DNA of 51,751 nt from an uncultured Chitinophagaceae bacterium. Lineage in GTDB: Bacteria; Bacteroidota; Bacteroidia; Chitinophagales; Chitinophagaceae. A program made the position numbers and the translations under genes. Location: the NCBI GenBank assembly GCA_937897585.1, contig CALCNY010000187.1, forward strand, positions 1-51,751, read 5' to 3'. Positions 15,278 to 25,442 of this stretch are shown one piece after another (within the stretch, counting starts at the first letter, position 1; each line of letters begins with the position of its first letter). Under the pieces are notes generated by a model. It made no database searches, was not told the DNA's origin, and was given only the letters and a program-made list of their open reading frames with translations.

Positions 15278-17437
15278 ATGAAAAAATTATTATTGTCACT
15301 GGTGTTGGTGGCAGTTATGCTTACTTCAAGAGCAGACGAAGGCATGTGGTTGCCTATGTTGCTTGGAAAACAAGTGTACAACGACATGGTGAAAAGAGGA
15401 TTGAAACTCACCAAAGAACAATTGTACTCCATCAATAAATCTTCTCTGAAAGATGCCATCATCATTTTTGGACGTGGTTGCACGGGCGAAATCGTTAGTG
15501 ATCAGGGCTTGATTTTCACTAATCATCATTGTGGTTATGATGCTATTGCCAAGGCGAGCAGTGTGGAGCATAATTATCTTAGAGATGGTTTTTATGCTTT
15601 CAATAAAGACCAGGAAATACAATCAGATTTAACAGTACAATTTTTAGATAGAATCGAAGATGTTACTGCTCAAGTGGAAGCCGGATTGAAAGGATTGACT
15701 TGGGAAGAAAGAACTAAGAAACTTCAGGAAGTATATAAAGGCATTACTGACAAGGTTGCCGATAAAGAGAATGGATTGTCGGGCAGAATTTATAGTATGT
15801 TCAAAGACAATCAGTACATCATGTATGTGTACAAAACGTATAAGGATATACGCCTGGTTGGTGCACCTCCTGAAAGTGTAGGAAAATTTGGAGGAGATAC
15901 CGACAATTGGGAATGGCCAAGACATACAGGAGATTTTTCTATTTTCAGAGTATATGCTGCTAAAGATGGCAAACCAACAGAATATAGTAAAGAGAACGTG
16001 CCTTTAAAACCCAAAAAATTCCTTCCTGTAAGTATCAAAGGCATTAAAGATGGCGACTACGCTATGATTTACGGATATCCAGGCGGCACCAATCGTTATG
16101 AAACGAGCTATGGCATCAAATTAAAAAATGATATTGAAAATCCATCATTAGTTGGATTGAGAGACATGCGTTTGAAATATATGCATGAGCAAATGATTAA
16201 AGATCCTGCTGTTAAATTGAAATTAGCTTCTGATTATGCAGGTATCGCCAACTACTGGAAATTCTTCGACGGAGAAACAAAGCAATTAAAAAAGTTCAAT
16301 ACATACGGACAAAAGCAGCAATTTGAAAATGAGTTTGCTACTTGGGCAAAAGGCAAACCTGAGTATGAAAATATCTTTACCGAGTACGAAAAAAATTATG
16401 CTGCTTGGACGCCATATAGCAAGCACCGTCAGTATTTGCGTGAAGGTATCTTAGGCTCGCCATTGTCTTCATTTGCATCATCTTTAATGGCATTGGAAGG
16501 CACTTTAGTGAAAGCTGGAGTTTCTGCTGAAGATGTAAAGAAAGCTATGGATGCAGCTGATGCTTCAAGAAAAAATTTCTTAGCTGCGGAAGACATGCCA
16601 AGTGATAAAAATATTTTGGCTGCAGTTGCGAAAGCGTTTTATACAGATATCGACAAATCACAACACCCATCGGGAATATTTGAAAAGATTGCTGGATTTG
16701 GTGATTTAAATGATGAAGCTACATTTAAAAAATGGGCTTTGAATGTTTTTGCAACAACAATGATTTTCAATGATGACAAATGGAATGCGTTTAAAGAAAA
16801 ACCAACAGCAATGGAACTTCAGGCTGACCCTGCATTCGATTTTGCAGCTTCATTTGTAAAAAATTACAACACTAAATATGCTCCATTATACACTGCATTT
16901 GCCAACAAAAACAATGAATTGGGAAGAAGTTATATGAAGGGAATTATGGAAAGAAACCCAACAGCAGCTGCTAAAATGTATCCTGATGCTAATTTCAGTA
17001 TGAGAGTAAGTTTCGGTAACATAAAAAGCTATAAGCCAAGAGATGGCATTTTCTGTGATTATGTGACCACTTCAAAAGGTATTTTAGAAAAATATGTCCC
17101 AGGTGATTATGAATTTGATTTGCCTGCCAAAGAAGTAGAATTATTAAAGAAAAGAGATTTCGGTCAGTACATTGATAAAAGCAAAAATGATTTGGTTGTT
17201 GCCTTCATCACTACAAATGACATTACCGGTGGAAACAGCGGAAGTCCAGTTATTGATGGCAATGGTAATTTAATTGGTTTGGCTTTTGATGGTAATTATG
17301 AGGCATTAAGTCATAAAATTGCTTTTGATAAAGATTTAAATCGCACTATTTGTGTGGATGCGAGATATGTATTGTGGTGTATAGATAAATTGGGTGGAGC
17401 GACGAATTTGATTGAGGAGATTAATCCGGTGAAATAG
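15278..17437 (+). CDS. S46 family dipeptidyl-peptidase (DPP7-like)
   Basis: DEGMW, GCT, TNHHC, NWEWPRHTGDF, ITGGNSGSPV; FDGN has Gly rather than the Arg of DPP11. Confidence 0.92.
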   Translation: MKKLLLSLVLVAVMLTSRADEGMWLPMLLGKQVYNDMVKRGLKLTKEQLYSINKSSLKDAIIIFGRGCTGEIVSDQGLIFTNHHCGYDAIAKASSVEHNYLRDGFYAFNKDQEIQSDLTVQFLDRIEDVTAQVEAGLKGLTWEERTKKLQEVYKGITDKVADKENGLSGRIYSMFKDNQYIMYVYKTYKDIRLVGAPPESVGKFGGDTDNWEWPRHTGDFSIFRVYAAKDGKPTEYSKENVPLKPKKFLPVSIKGIKDGDYAMIYGYPGGTNRYETSYGIKLKNDIENPSLVGLRDMRLKYMHEQMIKDPAVKLKLASDYAGIANYWKFFDGETKQLKKFNTYGQKQQFENEFATWAKGKPEYENIFTEYEKNYAAWTPYSKHRQYLREGILGSPLSSFASSLMALEGTLVKAGVSAEDVKKAMDAADASRKNFLAAEDMPSDKNILAAVAKAFYTDIDKSQHPSGIFEKIAGFGDLNDEATFKKWALNVFATTMIFNDDKWNAFKEKPTAMELQADPAFDFAASFVKNYNTKYAPLYTAFANKNNELGRSYMKGIMERNPTAAAKMYPDANFSMRVSFGNIKSYKPRDGIFCDYVTTSKGILEKYVPGDYEFDLPAKEVELLKKRDFGQYIDKSKNDLVVAFITTNDITGGNSGSPVIDGNGNLIGLAFDGNYEALSHKIAFDKDLNRTICVDARYVLWCIDKLGGATNLIEEINPVK

Positions 17438-17454
17438 GATTTTTGATAATTTTT

Positions 17455-17490
17455 AAAAGCCCACGAACTGATAGTTTCGTGGGCTTTTTT
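17455..17490 (+). terminator. Rho-independent terminator
   Basis: AAAAGCCCACGAA-loop-TTCGTGGGCTTTTTT directly after the S46 stop. Confidence 0.8.
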
Positions 17491-17681
17491 GTTTTATGTT
17501 GGATTGCCACGAACTCACGAATTAAGCTTCTAATTATTTTGAATTTATTTTTTAATTGTCACGATAATAAATTTATGCGTAATGACAAATAATGTTATTT
17601 CAAATTGGAAGGATCAAATCAAGGGATTTTTTGAATTAAATTTATCTAGACTGAATAAAGTTCATTTGGGGTGAAGAAACA

Positions 17682-17737
17682 TTAGTGAAAATATTTGGCT
17701 GTTTGAGTTGGGAGGACGTAATATTGCGATATTGCAA
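17682..17737 (-). repeat. Inverted copy of the 56-bp repeat at 6513-6568
   Basis: Reverse complement is nearly identical to 6513-6568. Confidence 0.9.
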
Positions 17738-17886
17738 TATCGCAAATTCAAGAAAAAAAGAGCAGATTCGAAAAGGATTGCAACTAAAATTTGATTAAGA
17801 TTTTTCTTTCTTTTTAAATTATTCATTTCATTTCACAAAGAAATTTTAGGTACTCGGACAAAGTCCGAAAGCTCTTATCGGCACCG

Positions 17887-17952
17887 GTCATGAGACCGGC
17901 GCCAGTTCGTCATGAGACCGGCGCCAGTTCATCAAGAGACCAGCGCCAGTTC
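17887..17952 (+). repeat. 3 x 22-bp tandem repeat
   Basis: GTCATGAGACCGGCGCCAGTTC x2 plus ATCAAGAGACCAGCGCCAGTTC. Confidence 0.9.
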
Positions 17953-18084
17953 GTAAAACAACCCTTTCGTTTTAATTCCTAACATTTTTCCTTAATTCGT
18001 GCATTCGTGGCCCCCAAACATTCGCCCTCTATTTTTTCCTTAACGCCGTATAAACCCTTAAATTTGCCGTCTAAATTTTATCAC

Positions 18085-19059
18085 ATGCAAAAAGGTCCCG
18101 TTTCTCAGTACATCTTACATCATTATCGTCATTTTAACGCAGCTGCTTTGATGGATGCTGCTAAAGGCTATGAACTGCATTTGATAGAAGGTGGTAAAAT
18201 GATGGTTACCCTTGCTGGTGCTATGAGTACAGCAGAGTTGGGATTGAGTTTTGCAGAAATGATTCGTCAGGATAAAGTAGCGATAATCAGTTGTACTGGT
18301 GCAAATTTGGAAGAAGACATTATGAATTTGGTTGCACATTCTCATTATAAAAGAGTTCCTAATTATAGAGATTTAAGTCCTCAAGACGAATGGGATTTGT
18401 TAGAAAATCATTACAACAGAGTTACTGATACCTGCATACCTGAAGAAGAAGCTTTCAGAAGATTGCAACAGCATATTCATAAATTATGGAAAGACGCTGA
18501 TGATAAAGGAGAGCGTTATTTCCCGCATGAGTTCATGTATAAAATGTTGTTGAGTGGTGTATTGGAGCAATATTATGAAATCGATCCAAAGAACAGCTGG
18601 ATGCTTGCGGCAGCTGAGAAAAATATTCCTATCGTTGTTCCGGGTTGGGAAGATAGCACCATGGGAAACATCTTCGCTTCATATGTTATTAAAAATGAAC
18701 TTAAGGCCAGCACGATGAAGAGTGGTATTGAATACATGGTGTGGCTGGCTGATTGGTACAAGCATAATTCATCAGGTAAAGGCGTTGGTTTCTTCCAGAT
18801 TGGTGGCGGTATTGCCGGAGATTTTCCTATTTGTGTAGTGCCAATGATGTACCAGGATTTGGAATGGCACGATGTTCCGTTTTGGAGTTATTTCTGTCAA
18901 ATCAGTGATTCCACTACATCTTATGGTTCATACTCAGGAGCAGTTCCCAATGAAAAAATCACATGGGGTAAACTGGATATCAACACTCCTAAATTTATTG
19001 TAGAAAGTGATGCTACTATTGTAGCTCCATTGATATTTGCCTGGGTATTGGGCTGGTAA
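18085..19059 (+). CDS. Deoxyhypusine synthase family protein
   Basis: TLAGAMSTAELG, CTGANLEED, IGGGIAGDF, YGSYSGAVPNEKITWGK, ESDATIVAPL. ATG at 18085 preferred, with TAAATTTG at 18059-18066. Confidence 0.9.
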   Translation: MQKGPVSQYILHHYRHFNAAALMDAAKGYELHLIEGGKMMVTLAGAMSTAELGLSFAEMIRQDKVAIISCTGANLEEDIMNLVAHSHYKRVPNYRDLSPQDEWDLLENHYNRVTDTCIPEEEAFRRLQQHIHKLWKDADDKGERYFPHEFMYKMLLSGVLEQYYEIDPKNSWMLAAAEKNIPIVVPGWEDSTMGNIFASYVIKNELKASTMKSGIEYMVWLADWYKHNSSGKGVGFFQIGGGIAGDFPICVVPMMYQDLEWHDVPFWSYFCQISDSTTSYGSYSGAVPNEKITWGKLDINTPKFIVESDATIVAPLIFAWVLGW

Positions 19060-19068
19060 TCATTTTAC

Positions 19069-19147
19069 GTTTAAAAGGTTCAAAAGGTTCAAAATGTTCA
19101 ATTAGTTAACCTTTTAAACCTTTTGAACTTATTAAACCTTTTGAACT
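19069..19147. repeat. 9-mer (AAAGGTTCA/TTGAACCTT) inverted repeat cluster
   Basis: gtttaaaaggttcaaaaggttcaaaatgttcaa followed by its approximate reverse complement. Confidence 0.75.
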
Positions 19148-20133
19148 CTAAAATCTTGTTTCACCATCTTCCAAAAGTTGAACTCCATCTACACCTCGAT
19201 TGCTCATTGAGTTATGAAGTCGTGCGTGAATTGGACGCTACTGTTAGTAGTGAAGAATATGAAAATGAATTTAAAGTTCCCTATGATTGTAGAAGTTTAG
19301 TTGAATATATCAAAAGAGCACAACGTCCTATTGAACTGATGCAAACGGCAGAACAATTGAGGTTGGTGACTTTGGATTTGTTCAAACAACTTAAGGCTGA
19401 CAATGTGGTGTATGCAGAAATTCGTTTTGCTCCTTTACAGCATTTACAAAAAGGAATGACACCTGAAGAGGTAGTAAATGCAGTAAATGAAGCAACAGCA
19501 GAAGGCATTTCAAAATACGATGTTGAAGCCGGAATTATTTTATGTACACTCCGTCATTATAGTGAGGAAGAAAGTTTGCAAACCGTAAATCTGGTTCATC
19601 AATTTAAAAATACTCATGTTGTCGGATTTGATATTGCTGCAGATGAAGCTGGTTTTCCTATTAACAATCATATTAAAGCATTTCAATTTGCAGCGTTAAA
19701 CAATATTCATTGCACAGCACATGCTGGCGAAGCTTGTGGACCAGAAAGTGTATGGGAAACCTTGGATATGTTCATGCCCTCGCGTATTGGCCATGGCGTT
19801 AGAAGTGCAGAAGATGAGTTGTTGCTACAGCACTTGAAAAAAAATCACATACACCTTGAAGTTTGTCCAACCAGCAATATTAAAACAGGCGTTTTTGAAT
19901 CAATAGAAAAACATTCGGCTCCTAAAATTTTCGAATCAGGCGTTTCAATGAGTATCAACACAGATGGCAGAACCATTTCAGATGTTACACTTACTGAAGA
20001 ATATGAATTGATGAATAAAGTGTTTCAATGGGACATGCAGCAACTAAAGCATTGCAATCTTGAAGCCATCAGGCATTCATTTGCAAATGAAAATATCAAG
20101 CAAAAAATAAAAGCCTTAATTGAAAAAATCTAA
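19123..20133 (+). CDS. add: Adenosine deaminase
   Basis: LPKVELHLHLD, YAEIRFAP, TAHAGE, RIGHG, LEVCPTSN, SINTD. Start is uncertain (TTG at 19123, 19141 or 19156). Confidence 0.88.
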   Translation: MNLLNLLNSKILFHHLPKVELHLHLDCSLSYEVVRELDATVSSEEYENEFKVPYDCRSLVEYIKRAQRPIELMQTAEQLRLVTLDLFKQLKADNVVYAEIRFAPLQHLQKGMTPEEVVNAVNEATAEGISKYDVEAGIILCTLRHYSEEESLQTVNLVHQFKNTHVVGFDIAADEAGFPINNHIKAFQFAALNNIHCTAHAGEACGPESVWETLDMFMPSRIGHGVRSAEDELLLQHLKKNHIHLEVCPTSNIKTGVFESIEKHSAPKIFESGVSMSINTDGRTISDVTLTEEYELMNKVFQWDMQQLKHCNLEAIRHSFANENIKQKIKALIEKI

Positions 20134-20137
20134 TAAA

Positions 20138-20869
20138 CTATTTTACTTCTTTTAATATCTCTGAGTTTAGTTCCTCTGCTACTTTAGTTATTTCATCATA
20201 AGAACTTTGCATGGTAGTAGCCCAAACTAGTGTTGCGTTAAAGAAAAATTTGAACTTAGGATTATAAACAATTTCTTTTCCTTTTTTACCATTTCCTGAA
20301 AGCTCGGCAATAGCATCTCCGGTATTTGACAGATTTAAATTATAATATTTCTCAGCTTCTGTCATGGTTGGAATCAATTGCTGATAATACTTAAGCATGA
20401 GTTTTTTAATTTTTTTATTTTCGATGTAACCAATTTTACCACTAGATTTAAATCCTTCATAATTGCCGCTAATATTATTACGGGTTATGCCTATAGTTGG
20501 AATTTTGCTTTCAAAATTCAATTTAAAACTAATACTGTCTTTACTTTTTCTTAAGCTGTCAAATTCGGATTCAGAAATACTTAAAACATAATTTTTATCT
20601 TTTGCCGTTTCAATAAGTTGAGTTTTAGTGGCTTTAAGGCTTTCGATATCCTCTTTCAAATCTTCATGAAGATCTAATAAAAATTCTTTTACTTCTTGTT
20701 GTTGATGACGATGTTCACTCCATTCGTGTAATTTAATAGACAATGTAACTGCAAATACTATAATCAAAATTTCAAAAGTAATCTCCTTTACCTTTTCTGA
20801 AAATGAATGCTTTTTGTCACTCATGGTTTTAAATATTTTTTTGGTATGCTTTGAAACCTCATCTTCCAT
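20138..20869 (-). CDS. Hypothetical protein with an N-terminal TM helix and coiled coil
   Basis: EILIIVFAVTLSI..W pattern followed by a helical region. Confidence 0.75.
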   Translation of the reverse strand: MEDEVSKHTKKIFKTMSDKKHSFSEKVKEITFEILIIVFAVTLSIKLHEWSEHRHQQQEVKEFLLDLHEDLKEDIESLKATKTQLIETAKDKNYVLSISESEFDSLRKSKDSISFKLNFESKIPTIGITRNNISGNYEGFKSSGKIGYIENKKIKKLMLKYYQQLIPTMTEAEKYYNLNLSNTGDAIAELSGNGKKGKEIVYNPKFKFFFNATLVWATTMQSSYDEITKVAEELNSEILKEVK

Positions 20870-20920
20870 TACAAATAAAATTGATTGACGAAATAAAGTT
20901 GATTAATCATATTAAATTAA

Positions 20921-22489
20921 CTATGGCAAAGGCTTATCTCTTTTCAACATCTCATTTCTATTCGCCATTTCCCATGCAGTATAAAAAATCATTTTTGCAC
21001 GTTTTTCAAATAAAGGCCAGTTGATTTTTTCAATGTCGTCTGTGGTTTTATGATAATCAGCTTGTAACATGCCATCATAAAAAAACAAAACAGGAACTCC
21101 TTTTCTGGCGAAATTATAATGATCGCTTCTGTAATAAATTCTATTAGGATCTTTAGGGTCATCAAATTTGTAATCTAATACCAGCTTGGTATTTTCATTG
21201 TTCATGCCTTCATTGATGATGGGTAATTCGGAACTGATTTTATCATGCCCCACAACATAAACATAATTTAAAGTGTCACTAGTTTTTCTCTCTGTATCTA
21301 ATCTGCCAATCATATCAGTATTCAAATCGACAGATGTTTTTTCTAATGGCAGCAAAGGATGATCGGTGTAATATTCACTTCCCCATAAACCTTTTTCTTC
21401 GCCACTAACGGTCATGAATACTATAGTTCTTCTCGGTCCCTTACCTTCTTTTTTTGCTTTGGCGAATGCTGTTGCCATTTGCATAACAGTTACGGTTCCA
21501 CTGCCATCATCATCAGCCCCGTTATACACTTTTCCATCGCGCATACCCAGGTGATCATAATGAGCGGTTAGAAAAACATACTCATCTTTTTTGTCTGTTC
21601 CTTCAATCATGCCCAATACATTTGAAGCATTGATGGTTTCACTGTATTTATTGAAGTTGTATGAAATAGGAGCAGTGATTTCTTTAGTAGTTTCATTTAG
21701 GAATTTGTTGTTTCTAACCCCATCCAATAATGATTCAAAATCAGCGCCGATAAGTAAATTGGCTGCCTCATGACTGATATAAGCGAAGTTGATGGTCTTG
21801 GTGTTATTATCTTCCGAAGGATAATACACATTTGTTTTTTTATTTCTTCTGATGGCTTGTTCAGAAAAAGACTTTTGCATCAAATCAATACAAATTGCGC
21901 CAACAGCTCCTTTCTCAGCTGCGGCTTCCAGTTTTTTACCAATACCATTTCTCGACCAAGCTGATGATAAACCATCAGTGGATAAAAAATAATTTCCGTT
22001 TTTCTTTGGTTCACCTGAGAAGAAACAAACTACTTTTCCTTTTACATCAATATGTTCATAATCGTTGTAATTATTATCGTTGATACCATAGCCTGCAAAT
22101 ACAATTGTGTTGCTGTTGAATTGATTGGTTTCGTTGGATGATAATGGAATTAAAAAATCTTTTCCTGAAATCAACTCGTTGTTATTTATTGAAATTTTCG
22201 CTGCTACAACTGAATCTTTTTTCAATGGAAACAATTGCTGGTAGTTTTCAGTTGATATCACAGGCTTCAACCCCAAACTTTTAAAATGGTTCGAAATATA
22301 AATAGCGGCTTTCCGTTGGCCTTCAGTACCGGTTTCACGACCTTCCATTTTATCATCAGCGATTATGGTTAAATGAGATTTTAATCCATCTGCATTTACC
22401 ATTGCGGCATATTTTGCAGCGTCTTTGTTTTGTGCAGATGATGTTAGTTGTATTAAAAGACAGACAACAAAAAGAAATTTGATTTTCAT
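20921..22489 (-). CDS. M28 family aminopeptidase with PA domain
   Basis: MEGRETG, TAHYDHLG, GADDDGSG, GEEKGLWGS, DMIGR, RSDHYNF, DYH; signal peptide from ATG 22489. Confidence 0.9.
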   Translation of the reverse strand: MKIKFLFVVCLLIQLTSSAQNKDAAKYAAMVNADGLKSHLTIIADDKMEGRETGTEGQRKAAIYISNHFKSLGLKPVISTENYQQLFPLKKDSVVAAKISINNNELISGKDFLIPLSSNETNQFNSNTIVFAGYGINDNNYNDYEHIDVKGKVVCFFSGEPKKNGNYFLSTDGLSSAWSRNGIGKKLEAAAEKGAVGAICIDLMQKSFSEQAIRRNKKTNVYYPSEDNNTKTINFAYISHEAANLLIGADFESLLDGVRNNKFLNETTKEITAPISYNFNKYSETINASNVLGMIEGTDKKDEYVFLTAHYDHLGMRDGKVYNGADDDGSGTVTVMQMATAFAKAKKEGKGPRRTIVFMTVSGEEKGLWGSEYYTDHPLLPLEKTSVDLNTDMIGRLDTERKTSDTLNYVYVVGHDKISSELPIINEGMNNENTKLVLDYKFDDPKDPNRIYYRSDHYNFARKGVPVLFFYDGMLQADYHKTTDDIEKINWPLFEKRAKMIFYTAWEMANRNEMLKRDKPLP

Positions 22490-22548
22490 AATTGAATAAT
22501 TAAAAGGCATATAAAAAGTAATTCGAAATTTTTAGTAAAAACAAGCAG

Positions 22549-22769
22549 GTTTCAAAGGTTCAAAAGTTCAATTTGTTCAAAAGGTTTTTACTGAATGGCA
22601 TTTTGGTTTAGATTGAAAATTCACAACCATAAACAACAAACACCAAACGAATTTCCATGTTTCAAAGGTTCAATAAGTTCAATTTGTTCAAAAGGTTTTT
22701 ACGGAATAGCAATGCTGCATAGAATATTAATCCCCAGCAAAACATAAACAGCTTCCCCCTTTGGGGGCC
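22549..22769. repeat. Duplicated 43-bp 9-mer block, heptamer repeats and truncated repeat A
   Basis: 22549-22591 is nearly identical to 22659-22702; AAACAAC-type units at 22623-22650; TTCCCCCTTTGGGGGCC at 22753-22769 abuts the rpiB stop. Confidence 0.75.
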
Positions 22770-23219
22770 TTAACACGCAATCTTCCTCACCCTTCCCTCA
22801 TGTCTTCCGCCTTCAAAAGTGGTGTTCATAAAAGTATCAACCATTTTAATGGCAGTAGTTTCGTCCACAAATCTTGCAGGAATACAAATTACATTCGCAT
22901 CATTATGTTGACGAGCCAATGAAGCCAATTCATCACCCCAGCAAATCGCTGCTCTGACGCCAGCATGTTTATTTGCTGTAATCGCAACACCATTGGCACT
23001 GCCGCAAATTAATATACCAAATGCAGTTTCATTATTTTCTACTGAGGTTGCAACCGGATGTGCAAAATCAGGATAGTCAACAGAATCTTTTGTGTATGTT
23101 CCAAAATCTTTTACTGAAAAGCCTTTGCTTTCTAAATAAGTTTTGATGGCGTCTTTGTAATCTACGCCTGCATGATCGCAACCGATGGCGATTGGAGATG
23201 TAAGGTTAAATGAGTTCAT
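22770..23219 (-). CDS. rpiB: Ribose-5-phosphate isomerase B
   Basis: IAIGCDHAG, VDYPD, ICGSANG, ARQHNDAN, FEGGRH. Confidence 0.95.
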   Translation of the reverse strand: MNSFNLTSPIAIGCDHAGVDYKDAIKTYLESKGFSVKDFGTYTKDSVDYPDFAHPVATSVENNETAFGILICGSANGVAITANKHAGVRAAICWGDELASLARQHNDANVICIPARFVDETTAIKMVDTFMNTTFEGGRHEGRVRKIAC

Positions 23220-23228
23220 AATTTAAAC

Positions 23229-23396
23229 GCCCCCTCAATCCCCCGAAGGGGGAATTTGATTATGTTTTGCTGGGGCCAAACAATTTTAATTTATAATACA
23301 ATTTATTTGAAAGCTGAAAGACAATTTATCTTACAAATAGCAAATTCTCTCACGAATTTAATCTCCCTCTCCTTCGGAGAGGGTCGGGGAGAGGCC
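23229..23396. repeat. Repeat A (23229-23275) and hairpin repeat B variant (23363-23394)
   Basis: GCCCCCTCAATCCCCCGAAGGGGGAATTTGATTATG; CTCCCTCTCCTTCGGAGAGGGTCGGGGAGAGG, 4 nt after the tatC stop. Confidence 0.85.
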
Positions 23397-23398
23397 GT

Positions 23399-24280
23399 CT
23401 AACTCCATTCCTCCTTCTCTTTCTTCTCTTTACTACCATCCACTCTTGCCGCAATCAACACACTGATTTCATACAACAACTGTAATGGCACAAATACAAT
23501 CATCTGGCTGGTCCAATCTGGTGATGGTGTAACAACCGCAGCGATTATCAAAATAATCAACACCGCATACTTTCTGTTTTTGCGCATAAACGCTGCCGAT
23601 ATGATTCCGATTTTAGCCAAAATGTAAACAAACACCGGAAGCTCAAATGAAATACCACATCCCAAAATGATGTTATTCAACGTATCGATATAATCATCTA
23701 AAGTAGGAATGTATTTATATACACCTCCAGTTCCTAAAGTGAAATTCGCAAGAAAATTAAAGGTAAACGGTGCCAGCAAATAATACCCGAAAGCCGCGCC
23801 AATAAAGAAACATAGCGATACCCAGAAAATACTACCTCTCGAATATTTCAATTCTTTTTCTGAAAGTGCAGGTTTAATAAAACGCCATAACTCCCAAATC
23901 AAATATGGAAACGTAACAATCAACCCACCTATCATTGAAATGGATAAAGCAGCCATAAAAGGACCACTTACTGTATTACCTTGTAATTCCAAATTAATAG
24001 GTGGCATACACATTGAATCGCCTAGTCTCAACCAATGACCAAACTGACAAAAAGCATCATAAGTAACAAATTTTGCAGAAGCCGGTGCAAAAATAATATT
24101 GTCAAAAATCCAGTCAATCTTGATGAACAAAACAATTGTAACTACAAGCCAAACAATCGTTGACCTTACCACATGCCATCTCAAAGCTTCAAGATGGTCT
24201 ACAAAACTCATCTCAGCTTTTTTTTCTGACTCTTCTTTTTTTCGAAAAAATGAACGTTTCTTATTTTCTTCAGCTGCCAA
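23399..24280 (-). CDS. tatC: Twin-arginine translocase subunit TatC
   Basis: EMSFVDHLEALR, WRFIKPAL, FELP, TPSPD, LYEIS. Confidence 0.95.
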   Translation of the reverse strand: MAAEENKKRSFFRKKEESEKKAEMSFVDHLEALRWHVVRSTIVWLVVTIVLFIKIDWIFDNIIFAPASAKFVTYDAFCQFGHWLRLGDSMCMPPINLELQGNTVSGPFMAALSISMIGGLIVTFPYLIWELWRFIKPALSEKELKYSRGSIFWVSLCFFIGAAFGYYLLAPFTFNFLANFTLGTGGVYKYIPTLDDYIDTLNNIILGCGISFELPVFVYILAKIGIISAAFMRKNRKYAVLIILIIAAVVTPSPDWTSQMIVFVPLQLLYEISVLIAARVDGSKEKKEKEEWS

Positions 24281-24316
24281 TTTTTGTTATTTGTCTCAAT
24301 TAAAATTGAGCGTTTT

Positions 24317-25384
24317 TTATTGTTGTTGTGTTGTCAACTTCTCAGCATTTTCAGCAAACTGAAGTGCTTCTATAAATTCCTGAACTTCTCCATTCAAAAC
24401 CGAATCCAAATTATAAACGGTAAGGCCTATACGATGATCGGTTACTCTTCCCTGAGGATAATTATAAGTACGAATCTTAGCACTTCTGTCGCCGGTACTT
24501 ACCAGACTTTTTCTTTTATGTGCAATGGCTTCTTCAGCTTTACGAACTTCCTCATCATACAATTTGGTACGTAGCATGTCCATGGCTTTCTCTCGGTTTC
24601 CTAACTGACTTCTTTCAGTCTGACAAACCACCACAATACCAGTAGGTTTATGCGTTAAGAAAACTTTCGTTTCTACTTTATTTACGTTTTGTCCGCCTGC
24701 ACCACCGGATCTTGCGGTTTCCATTTTTACATCACTTTCTTTCAATTCAAAATCAACGGCATCAGCTTCAGGCATTACAGCAACTGTAGCTGCACTGGTA
24801 TGAACACGTCCACTAGCTTCTGTATCGGGTACACGCTGCACACGATGAACGCCACTTTCAAATTTCATCGTTCCATATACATCATCACCTACAATTTCTA
24901 CCTGAACCTCTTTATAACCACCAACGGTTCCTTCACTTTCACTGAGTATCGCTGTTTTCCATCCTTTTTTCTCGCAATATTTTAGATACATCCTTAACAA
25001 GTTTCCTGCAAATAGCGACGCTTCGTCACCACCAGTACCGGCTCTGATTTCCAGAATGGCATTCTTTTCATCATAAGGATCTTTAGGAATCAGCAGATTG
25101 CGAATGATTTTTTCAATTTCTTCTTTCTTAACTTCCATCTCTGGCAATTCCATTTTAGCCATTTCTCTCATTTCCTCGTCATCTGAATACAACACCTCTT
25201 TATTGAATTCAATATCATCCAACAATTTCACATAAGCATTTCTAACGTCTACAATTTTACCCAAACTGCGGTATTCCTTACTCATCGCACTGTACTTTTT
25301 ATTGTCGCTTACGATTTCAGGATTGGTGAGGGCAACGCCAATATTATCGAATTTTGCTTTTATGGCATCCAGTTTATCTAACAT
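24317..25384 (-). CDS. prfA: Peptide chain release factor 1
   Basis: [14 protein letters not shown] (PxT) motif, [26 protein letters not shown]; TAAATTTG at 25416-25423 on the minus strand. Confidence 0.97.
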   Translation of the reverse strand: MLDKLDAIKAKFDNIGVALTNPEIVSDNKKYSAMSKEYRSLGKIVDVRNAYVKLLDDIEFNKEVLYSDDEEMREMAKMELPEMEVKKEEIEKIIRNLLIPKDPYDEKNAILEIRAGTGGDEASLFAGNLLRMYLKYCEKKGWKTAILSESEGTVGGYKEVQVEIVGDDVYGTMKFESGVHRVQRVPDTEASGRVHTSAATVAVMPEADAVDFELKESDVKMETARSGGAGGQNVNKVETKVFLTHKPTGIVVVCQTERSQLGNREKAMDMLRTKLYDEEVRKAEEAIAHKRKSLVSTGDRSAKIRTYNYPQGRVTDHRIGLTVYNLDSVLNGEVQEFIEALQFAENAEKLTTQQQ

Positions 25385-25442
25385 AGTGTAATTTTATAAA
25401 ACAATCAACGCGGCGCAAATTTACGCCATAACTACCATCATT

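Noticed and set aside
18007-18084. N-terminal extension of the DHS-like protein
   Set aside because: The GTG lies in repeat module C, upstream of the TAAATTTG promoter; ATG 18085 is preferred.
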